Shown: piece after piece, positions 37,501 to 48,900 of the stretch
How the letters are laid out: each line of letters starts with the position of its first letter
Numbering within the stretch: position 1 is the stretch's first letter
Assembly: GCF_018350175.1 (NCBI RefSeq)
Contig: NC_058368.1
Coordinates: 80,292,001-80,356,000 of the forward strand
Length of the DNA: 64,000 nucleotides
DNA from: Felis catus
Lineage: Eukaryota
Direction of reading: 5' to 3'
Notes under the pieces: model-generated
Told to the model about the DNA's origin: nothing
What the model saw: only the letters and a program-made list of their open reading frames with translations
The model's database searches: none
Made by a program: the position numbers and the translations under genes

Positions 37501-40500
37501 AGCTAAACTATGGAAGCGGCCCTAGTGTGCATCAATAGATGAATGGATAAGGAAAGTGTTTTGTACATAGATACATACATATGTACACCCATACATATAT
37601 ATATACTCATACATACAGACACACACACACACGACAGAATAGTATTCAGCCAATGAATAAATCTTGCCATTTGCAACAATATGGATGGATCTAGACAGCG
37701 TAATAAAGGCTAGCAAAATATGTCAGAGAAAGACAAAAATACCTATGATCTCACTCATGTGTGGAATTTAAGAAACAAAATGAACAAAGGAGAAGAGACA
37801 AACCCAGAAAGACTCTTAACCCTATAGAGACTTGATGGTCACCAGAGGGGAGGTGGGCGGGGGATGGGGGTTATAGGGGGTGCGGATTAAGAGTACATTC
37901 ATAGTGATGAACACTGAATAAAGTACGAAATTGTTGAATCACCACGTTGTGCACCTGAAACTAACAGAACATGGCATGTTAACTATACCGGAACTAAGAT
38001 AAAAAAATGAAAGAGAAAAAAAGGAGAAAATCAAGAGGAAGGTGGTCTAGTGCCCTGTCCCTGAGGGGCCCGCCCCAAACCCACAGCAGAGGAAAGACAA
38101 AGGGGCACCTGGAAGTGTCCAGTGTGTGACAGGAAATCCAGAACCGACCTGTACGGCTGGCTTTTCCACTAAAAAGAACAGGTGCTAAGACTGGATGGTG
38201 TTTGGTTTCCCTTCTTACGGCTGGTCCCTTCCTCTGGAGCCCAGAGCCTTCCTCCCAAGCCCCGGAATGGTCCCCACTGTCCACACCCACACCCTGTGCC
38301 AGCCAGGTTGGGCACTGTGTGAGCCACCATGGCAACACAAAACCTTACCTTGAGATGGTGGAACATTCGATGTGCCAGCCAGGTCTCCCGTTTCCCCAAG
38401 GAGAGGCCCAAAACACCTCCCGGGGTTTAGCTGCCTTCCACAGGGCAAAGTCGCTGGGATGCCGCTTGTCAGAATCAACTGCCAACAGATCAAGTGACCG
38501 ATCAGGGGCAAGAATCTATAACAGGCAAACCCACACAGCACCGCCACCAGACGGAGGCAGGAGGCACATCCCAAAGATGTTGTGCCTTCCTATCAGTGAC
38601 CTCACATCTCTCATTCACGGGTCTCTCTCCCCAGGTGGCCACTGGAAGGACTACCCAACGCTTTTATCTAAAATATGCCAGACTGTGAGGTGTCACTGCA
38701 GAGCTAAGGCCAGCTCCCACCAAGCAGAACGAGTTGGGATTTCAAATAACAAACACTGAGGCTTCTTCCCAGGGGGGCACTGAGCTGAGCTCTCTCTGCC
38801 TTATTCTTGTTGTGAGAAAGCTGTGTTTGCCAGCAAATGAGTTTCAGGGTAACTTTTTCCCCCAAAAGAGAATTATATAGAGAAAAATAACAACAACAAA
38901 AACCACACACCAAAAACCAGAATGTCCATCACATTGGAGGGGCAAGAAAACCCCAAAGAGGAGGGTCAGGTGATAACACGAGGTTGTACGATGAGCCACT
39001 ACTGGGCTCTCTCTCTGTTCTAAAATGTGAAGCGGCCAAGATTCCCTCTGACAGGTGAGTGGATAAACCGTGTTGTATCCAGACAGTGGAATATTACTCG
39101 ACACTAAAAAGAAATGAGCTATCAAGCCATGAAGAGACATGGAAGGTAGTTGAGTCCCCTGTCCCCAAGGGGCTCTGCCCTTGCCCACGTCCTGGTGGGG
39201 CCTAATGGCTTAAATGCACATTTTCGTTTAAATGTGTATTGAGTGAAAAAAGCAAGTCTGAAAAGGTCACAGACTGTATGATTTCAACTTTATGGCATTC
39301 TAGAGAAGGCTGAACTATGCAGATGATAAAAGATCCTTGGTTGCCAGGGGTCAGGAGGGATAGAAGACGGACAGGTGGAGCACGGGGAGGGGTCTGAGGG
39401 CAGGGAGGTGGCCCCGTGTGATAACACAATGGTGGATACGTGTCATTACACATGTGCCCAACTCCAAAGAATGTACGACACCAGGAGTGAACCCTGATGT
39501 AAACCATGGGCTCTGGGTGATGATGTGTAACACAGGTCCACTATGACAAACGTCCTATTCTGGTGGGTGACACTGATAATGGGGAAGGCTGTGCATGAGT
39601 AGAGGCAGGGGAATGTGGGAAATCTCTGTTCCTTCCCCTCGGTTTTGCTGTGAGTCTATAAGTGCCCCCAAAAATAAAGTCTATCAAAACACAAAAGCGT
39701 TGCTGATGCTAGAACATGTGTCTCAGAGGCTCGTCCTCTGACTCCAGGGGGCACACCGCATATGAACACGTGTGGCCAGTCCAGCGGTCCTCGGTTCTGG
39801 CCTTTCAGAAGGGGAGCAGCATACTACTAAGAGTAACAGACACCATTTCTGAGGAGTCAAATAATACTGTCAGTAATTAAATTTAAATGGCATTGTTTAT
39901 AGAGCAGAGGATAATGCCTGAAGACAAATGACTTGCACAATTTGTCTTTTGAGATGTTGCTTGTTTTTATTTGGTTCTTTTAAATAGTATCCTTTTAAAA
40001 TTATTTTTATTTTATTTTTTTAGTTTATTTATTTTGAGAGAGAGAGCAGGGGAGGGGCTGAGAGAGAGCAGGAGAGAGGGACTCCCAAGAAGGCTCCGTG
40101 CCATCGGCAGAGCCCAGCACGGGGCTCGATCCCACGAACCGTGAGATCATGACCTGAGCCAAAATCAAGAGTCGGATGCTTAAGCAACTGAGCCACCCAG
40201 GTGCCCCTAAAATTATTTTAAATTTACTTCTCTATACACATTTCTTTTCCACAAAAATAGCTTCATTCTAACAGTCACTGGAACAGAAGGGACTGCAGGA
40301 AGAGATTAAAATCCCCTAGGAACGTACTATATGGTAAAATACCTACGGGGATGTAATGTATGGCCAAGTACACGTGGAACTGAACACACCAGCAAGGCGG
40401 AGGAGAGTGGGGAGATGGGACACCGTGAACGTGTGCTCTCTGGGGAAGGGCTGGGGGAGACTCACGACTTGCCGTGTGAACCTCATACTCCACAAATTTC

Positions 40501-42422
40501 CTCTCTTAGAAAATAGGGACTTAAATGCACAGCACGGCTGGGATGGACGGTCTGGCGCCATCACCATGGCCGAGCACAGGGAGGGGGAAGCTGAGCACAG
40601 GGGAGGGGGAGGCTGAGCACAGGGGAGGGGGGGGGTCCACCCACCTGGCTCTGTGGCGGGACTGGGGACCGCACCCACGAGCTTGCCGTACCTGTCTCCT
40701 CTTGACCGCAAATCGAAGTAGACGTTGCCTGTTTTACAAAGGTAATTAGAAATTCATCATTTCTCAGTCTTAAGTATCTGCATCTACACGGGCTTGGGAG
40801 CTGACCGGTAATTAGGACTCAAACTCAGAATCTGGCATCCGGCCTTGATGTGGCCCCTTTGTTCTGTCTCTAACTCAGAATTCATGCCACCACCACTATT
40901 TCGTAAGAGCACGCATTTGCACACATCACGAACATCCAGAGTGGGTGTGAAAACCCAAGTGTAAGATCTACGTCAAACGAGATGGTTCTTTTTCAAGAGA
41001 GGGGAAAGGGAGTGTTATTGCAGCCTGCGTTCAGCTCTGGGCTCTGCGGCTACAAAAAACCCGTCTTGACCCAGATATGTCTACGACCATCTCTTCACTT
41101 GGAGCCCAAACACCTCCACACTCGAGCACCCTGATGGACGAGGGGGAAGCGGGTGCTGGAGCACACCCCCCACCCCCCCGCCCAGGAAGGAGCCCCGTGC
41201 TCAGCGGCCGGGACTGTGACATCAGATCTCTATCCTGACTGGGGGTGGGAGTGGGGCAGGGAAGGACTTGGCACAAGGGCCCTGGGTGGCTGGGTGCTGC
41301 CCTGGCCTGTCCTCTTCTCCCAGAGCTCATATCGGAGCCCAAGCTACGCTGGGGGTAAGTAGGGACACTGGGAGCTGCTGTCCACGACGTCAGAACGTCA
41401 ACACGCTCTCAAAAAGGAGACAATTCTCCTCACCTTCACTCATGTTACCGATTTGCTGAACTGTTTACTCAAAGAGTTCAAAATTCAAATTACAACCGAG
41501 ATTTTACTGAACTGTTGAAAAGTTCAAATTAATGGAGTTTGAGTTAACGTCAATTTACTTTGACTTCATTACATTTACGCTGTCATTATTAAAAACTGAC
41601 AATAAAGCATAGTAATAAAATGATAAAGCGCGTTCCGATGAGCGCCTCTGCCCCTCGTGAGGGTTGCCCTCCGGGTAGTGCGTCCCACTCCACGTCACAG
41701 GGTGGCAACAGAGAAACAATTCTTGTATTTTCTGGAGCAAACTCCAGTTCAGTCCCCTAAGCCCGTTAAAAACAAGTTCTTCTTGGAAACAAAATCTAAA
41801 TAAGGTAAAGGAAAAGGAAAAACAAAACCAAAAACGTATGCTCTTGTGTACGCAGAGGTTACCGAGAGAGGCAGCGCACGGTCTGGGGAACTGGGGGACC
41901 CGGGGTCCCTCACGTGGGTCTGTGCTCCCAGCAAGACCCCTGCAAGAAGGATGCTTCCGGCCAGTAAGTCCAGTGACCTGCAGAAGCTGTGTCCACCCTC
42001 AGGCCTTACAGTCTGTGACTTAACTTGTTATTTACTTGTAACAAGCGTCACAATACCCGTTTCTCCCAGCCCCAGGCTGGGCGTGCTGGTGGGTCATTCA
42101 TTAACAGCACAAGGTTCCTGTGGCCCCAGAAGTGACAAAAAGTGACAAAACACAAGGGCATGACCAGCAAGTTCAGGCAGCACGTGCCCGGCTACCAACC
42201 ACACAGCACCGGCACCAGAACAGGGCCGAAGTCTGCTTTCCACCACGAGAGGTGAAGCAGCATCCTGGGAGGGAGAAAGCTTTGGTTGGGGGGGGTCCAG
42301 GACAGGTGGGACTTGGATCAGGAAGGACCGGGGGGAGGAGGAGGGGGTGCAGCTGAGAGTGAAGGACATCCCAGAGGCAGAAATGCCAGGAGAAAAGTTC
42401 CCAGGACAGGAGACCTCAGCCA

Positions 42423-42461
<39 letters not shown>

Positions 42462-42948
42462 CCAGAGGAAGGGGCCCCCCCAAACAGCTGACCAGTGGTA
42501 ACAGACAGAAGGCACACTCCCGGGCAGTGGGCGGCCAGCAGGGGACCAGGCTGGGGGAGGCAGGGACAAATTCAGGGCGTGAATATGCGGAGGACAGGAT
42601 GCGGTAGGGACTGTCCAGCACCTCGGTCGGATAACGACCCGGGTTATGTGGGGTGCTCTCTTACTCAGAGGTGCACGTGGGAGGGTCAGGATGTCCACAG
42701 CCCGATTTCGCTGGCCCCTCAAACATACACCCGCACACAGAGAAAAATGTCAGAGGGCTTGTCTTTAACAAAATGTGCAACTTTAAGGGTACGGCTTTCA
42801 TCCCCAGCTTTTTGTCATGGAAAATTGCAACCACGCTAAAAGAAGGGCTCGAAAGAACACCTGTACGCTTGCCACCTGGCCGCGGTAACTGCTTTATCTA
42901 GGTGAACTCTCCAGATGTTCATGTCTTCCTGTGACCACGGAAAATACT

Positions 42949-42988
<40 letters not shown>

Positions 42989-45900
42989 TTTTTTTTCAAT
43001 GTTTATTTATTTTGGGGACAGAGAGAGACAGAGCATGAGCAGGGGAGGGGCAGAGAGAGAGGGAGACACAGAATCGGAAACAGGCTCCAGGCTCCGAGCC
43101 ATCAGCCCAGAGCCTGACGCGGGGCTCGAACTCATGGACCGCGGATCGTGACCTGGCTGAAGCCGGACGCTTAACCGACTGCGCCACCCAGGCGCCCCCG
43201 ACACGGAAAATACTTTAAAAAAGAACGATTCAACAGCTTTGCCAAGAAGTATAATAACCATAAGAAAATCTCACGTTTCACACAGTAATCACCTCAAGAA
43301 AGACAGTAAACCATCCGGCTTACTCCAGGAAGTCGTTCACACATGTCCAGTTCCTCCAAACCCTACAGGTGTTTCCCCAATGATCAGTTCAAGCAGCATA
43401 ACCCTACCTTGTGCTGTCGAATAAGCATGCCCGTTAGCAATTATTCCTTCGATGAAAGAAATGATGTGAGGAATATTTTCAGTTACCCTCAAGTACACCG
43501 TCGGGGGGAGAACCTGACGGAAGGCAAAGGAGAAGTGACTTTCGGCGGGTGAAAAGTGGAGGTCCACCGTGCTGGCTTCCACCGCTCATGGCACCCCCTT
43601 GTGGTGAGAGGACTGAACAACACGCTTTACCTTCAAGGCTGCCATGTCTTGTTTAAAATTCTCTTCGTAAAGATTGGCCAGAGAAGCAGGTGACACATTC
43701 ATCTGCAGAGAGACAGGCGAGCTGGTCAGCAGGTGGAGCCCCACGCGGCTGGCCTCAGTTCACCACGGCCGGCTCACAGAGGGGCTCTCAGTGTCAGGTC
43801 TCCAAGTCCTTGTAGTCACTTAGCTAGTCACGAAGGCTCATTACAGACCCCGTGTTCTGGTTAGAGAGAAAAAAGGAATAAACAATGTGACGATTTCTGT
43901 TACGTAATTCAAACCCAAAAACACACACAAAAGCCTCCACTTTTCTAGGGCAAGGACAAGGGCAAGGGCAAGCTACTTCAATCTATTCTACATAATAAGC
44001 AGAAACTTGGGTTCCTATCTTATCCCTTACCCCTCAGGGGGCAAAAGAAAACAAGTCAAAAATACATGAAAGAGGAACTCGGGGAAGTATTTTGAAAGTA
44101 ACACAGCACCTGAACACAGGGCAGTGGGCGGGCAGTGTTCCACCCAAGGGCGGGTGGGCAGGCCGGCCCCGGAGACAGACGTGGAATTCTGCGCTTGGGG
44201 CATCTGGGGACGCGCACCTGCAGCCCCAGCTTCTCAGAGGGCGCTGGCGCACAAAACCAGGCTCCCAAAGTATTTTTTACTTTTCGGCATCAGCAGAAAA
44301 AAACACTTGGGGACCAAAAGCAGGACACGGCACCGGACACTGTTGGGCATGTGAAGGCAGCGGGAGCCGCTCCCTCCCTCAACTGGCCTCCGCAGCCCCG
44401 GCTCCTCCCCAGCCCCTGGCCCCCAGACCAGGGCTCCGTTTCCTGCTCACGGACAGTAAGAAACTTTCCCAAGTGAGATGCCCCCTCTAACCCCATCACT
44501 CTGCAGCCATGGTCTTCCCTGCCCAGGGCCCCAGACAGGTAATCATCCTAGAAATTTTCACCAACAGACAGGTACTGAATAAATAAACCTGGCAAACAAA
44601 GGGGCGGTTCAGCTGTGTGGCCGTGGGGAAGGCAATGAACCCCTGTGCCTCAGGCTTTCTTTGCAACACAGAGATGACCCCCAAGTTTGCCACGAGGATT
44701 CGGTGCGGCTGTGAAGACAACGGTGTGAATGGACGATGCTGGTTAACACCTCTGTTGAAGACACGACTCCCAGCACCCCCCCACACATATCTGCAACTCC
44801 CTCCTGAAATGTACCGCCCTGCCTTGAACCTGCGGCCTGCACACGATACCACCACCACCCGGACCTGTCCCCTGACTGCCTCCCATCACACACCCACACT
44901 CAGAGCCCCTCCCCAGGTCCCTCGTCACACTGTCTTCTGCTGGGACACACGTCACATCACACACATGCAGGTTCATTTCTGAGCTACAGCCCTGGACTTG
45001 AGACAGCCGGGCAGAGGGCACATGCACATACCCTTGCTGGCTACTGTCAACTGTGCCCATGGAGGGTGCATCAGTGTCTGCGGGGCCAGGCCCAACCGCG
45101 CAGGGGACTCACCTCCGGACGCTGTCAACATGACAGCTAACAGATGCTTTCTCGTAACTGTAACGTGTATTTCCCTCCTCTGAGGGGGCGTGAACATCTC
45201 ATGTGTTTAGGAAACATTCACAGGGAACGTATGGCCACCACACCCGTTTCTCTTCTTACCGATTTGTAGGAAGTATTTTTACATGAAAGAAATTAGCCTT
45301 TTATCTCTGATGTGAATTTCAATTATTTTCACAGTCTTTCAACACTATGGTTATCTTAGGTCATGTAGAAAAAAATTTTATATTTAGCAATCCTTTATAT
45401 TTCTCCATCCTTGGGGCGCCTGGGTGGCTCAGTCGGTTGAGCGTCCGACTTTGGCTCAGGTCATGATCTCGCAGTTCATGAGTTTGAGCCCCGCGTCGGG
45501 CTCTGAGCTGTCAGCACAGAGCCTGCAGCCTGCTTCGGATTCTGTGTCTCCCCCTCTCTGCCCCTTTTCCGCTCATGCTCTCTCTCTCTCAAAAAATGAA
45601 TAAACGTTAAAAAAAAATTGTATTTCTCAATCTTTTCCCACAAATGGCTCCTGGGTTTGGAAACAAATTTAGGAAAGCCTTCCCCAATAGGAGGCTATAA
45701 AAACTGCCCCAAAATTCCTTTAGTAATTTGGGGTTCCATTTCTTTTATATTAAGTCTCCAATCTGCCCTAGATTTGGTTGAGGCACACATTCGACTGGGG
45801 TTTATTTTTTTCCCAGATGCTTACCTAACTGTCACCATTTTCTACTGGATAATTCCTCTCTTCCCCACTGATGTGAAATGCCATCGTTACCATAAGACAA

Positions 45901-48900
45901 ATTTCCATTATTTACGGTGTCTACATCCAACTTTCTAACATGTCCCATTATCTGCTCATTGTATCTGTACAATGACCTTTAATTCCTACAACCTTGACAG
46001 CGACAAAACGCAGACTGGTGAATGCTCGGGGGCAGGGTGGCACAGAGGGAGGATGGCCAGGGGCAGAGGAGGCTTTCATGCGTCTGCACACGGGAGATGG
46101 GCTCACAGGTGCACACATGTCACTGTGCTGTGGGCCTCGTGTGCACTAAATGCAATTGATCGTAGGTCTGTTTGACCTCAAAACTGTGCCAGAGAAGGGA
46201 AAGATTATGAAAACAAAAAATTTTCCATAGCTTTAAAAGTATGTTTTAATATCGGGTCGGACTACTCCCTCCTTAATACTCTTCTTTTACAGAACTTTCC
46301 TGCTACTCTTGCTTTTGTGCCGTCCCGTGTGAACTTTAGAATCTGGGTCTCTAGTTCAGAAAAAGGGGAATAGTAAGAACACATGCACGTGCACACACGT
46401 GCACACACATGCACACACACGCATGGCTGCAGACACATGCACACACACAGATGCACATGGCTGCACACATGCATGCATGCAGCTGCACACACACAATGCG
46501 CACAACAGCACACACGCACACGGCTGCACACATGCATGCACGCAGCTGCACACACATGCACACAGCTGCACACATGCATGCACGCAGCTGCACACACACG
46601 CACAATGCACACAACAGCACACACGCACACGACTGCACACATGCATGCACGCAGCTGCACACACGCACAATGCACACAGCAGCACACACACACACACAGC
46701 TGCACACATGCATGCACGCAGCTGCACACACACGCGCACAGCAGCACATGCACACACACGGCCACGCACACACGGCTGCATGTATACGTTCAAGGCCGCA
46801 CACATGCACACAGCAGCACACACATGCACAGCTGCACACACATGCACACGCACACATGCGCACACACGCACAGCTGCACACATGCACACTCATGCACACG
46901 GCCACACACACGCTCCTGTAACGACCTAGCAAGTACCACACTGCAAACACGCAACCCCTCTTCTGCCTGTGGCTTCTCTAGCTCACATGCACGAGCCCAG
47001 AGGGCATGGTTCGGAAATGTTGAGTGACAGTGAATTGTAAGGGGAATATCAATCCATTGCTGGCTTTGCAGGGAGGAGCAGAATCATATTCTAAAAGTAA
47101 AGTTTTTAAATTTGAGTTTTAGGCAGTTGGTCATCCCACTACCATCGGGCTGGCACTGCTCCCCACCCCCCCGCCCCAGCAAACCATAGGACGCAGGTGC
47201 CGAAACGACGTCTTAGTCCCGTGATTTCAGATTCCTGTCCAGCTCGCCCTGACCATCATAAACCATTTCAAGCTGATTCTCCCCCTGGCAAGGGCCCCAC
47301 TGCTCGGGCCTTGGCACTCACGCTGAGTGTCCAGCCTTCCTCCCAGAAAGAAGAGCAACAGGGGCCGGTGTTCTTGAAGCACAGAAAGAATACCTTTGGC
47401 TCGAATCTCTATGCCACATTCATTACGAGTTTTCTTACAAACGGTGACTATGCAGATGTATCATCTTCCTCTGGAAATTCTCACCCCAGAAACCCGTCTG
47501 TGGTTTTTCTCCCCGACAAACTGTAACACTGAGCCAAAAATTAAAGTCAAGGGAGTGATTCAGAAAAGCATAATGTTATAATTTAAAATATTTTAAAAGT
47601 GCTGGAGCAGATGGCACGAAGAATACCGCCGTCACTTAAAAAGCTTGCACTGGATAAAAGACGGCCTTTTTTGCGAGATGCTAAAAAACAAATAGATGTT
47701 TTCATAACCATGCTTCAGATACGTGCTTTATCATCCTACAGATATATCTTGAAGAGATCTACCCAGTGCCACATTAGCATCCTATGACGGGACGAGTATG
47801 GAAATTCTCAGGGGTCAAAAATTAAGCGCTCTCTGCATACAGAATCTTTCAGCCAATTCTACCAGCCTGTTCATAGTGTAAGTAGAAGATGATTTTTTTG
47901 TTGTTGTTTTTGGTTTATTTTGAGACAGAGAGAGAGAGAGTGAGCACACGCGGGAGAGGAGCAGAGACAGAAGGAGGGGGAGGGAGGGGGAGGGAGAGAG
48001 GGGGAGGGAGGGAGAGAGAGAGAGAATCCCAAGCAGGCTCTGCATGGTCAGCACAGAGCCTGACATGGGGCTTGATCCCACGAACCATGAGATCATGACT
48101 TGAGCTGAGATCAAGAGTCAGACACTTAACCGAATGAGGCATGCCTGTGCCCTTAAGTATAACAATTCTTTGACACGCGCTGCCTCTTCATGGTATCTGT
48201 GAAATCCTCTAACTTCCCTCTAGCTGTGTTTACCCCTGCTGCCGCCCCTCCTGGGACATGTGTCCCGTCACCACTTGGCTAACCAACCCCCACCGCTTCC
48301 CCTGGGGCCCTCCAGAGCCTGACCGTCTTCACCCAGGCCTTTCAGGTCGAGGTTTCCACCCCCGATTTTGCAGATTCACAGCAGAGCCCGATTCATCAAG
48401 TTCAGGGACCCATTTGGGCTGTCAGGTGCCCACTGAGGGTAAGGATGGAGGAAAAACTCACGGCTTCACCTTCCTCCTTACTTACTACTTACTTCCTCCT
48501 CCTTACTTACGAGGCATTTCCAAACGCCTCGTGCTGCCGTGTTCCAAGTACGTGCTCACGACGTCAGAGACCACGGATTTCTGGGTGCCGTCTCCATTCT
48601 GAACACAGGCCTTCCTGCTCAGCCCCTGTGGGGTCAGCCTTCCCAGCGCCTGCCCAGGCCAGCCTCCGCTCCTAGCACATTCCAGACAACAGCACAGCTC
48701 CCTGCCCCCCGCCCCTCCCCAGGCCAGCTCGTTTGCTCAAAAGCTTCACCCTAGAATCAGAAGGCTGTGCCCCCAGTGAGGTGGCTGAGCACACACTCAA
48801 GCCACACAGTCCTGGGGAAGCCACTCCAAGCCCCTCCTCCTGTGGGGTCAGCCAGCTGTCACAGAGTGGTACCTGCCCGGGGACCCCTCGCCCCTGCCTT

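Larger units (their letters stand above)
32264..38032 (+). mobile_element. Full-span carnivore LINE-1 (5'UTR, decayed ORF1, ORF2 with an internal deletion, 3'UTR), antisense to CARS2 in intron 7
   Basis: 18-bp TSD aagaggaaggtggtctag at 32246 and 38033. ORF1 remnants ([26 protein letters not shown]); endonuclease remnants ([21 protein letters not shown]); C-terminal and 3'UTR remnants. Confidence 0.92.

Noticed and set aside
43514..43630. 117-bp CARS2 intron 4 as a possible in-frame retained intron
   Set aside because: The length is a multiple of 3, but it contains an in-frame TGA at codon 15.
46262..47027. Six long His/Thr- or Cys/Val-rich ORFs (169-214 aa)
   Set aside because: They are translations of the CA/TG minisatellite, open in all frames because the repeat lacks stop codons.
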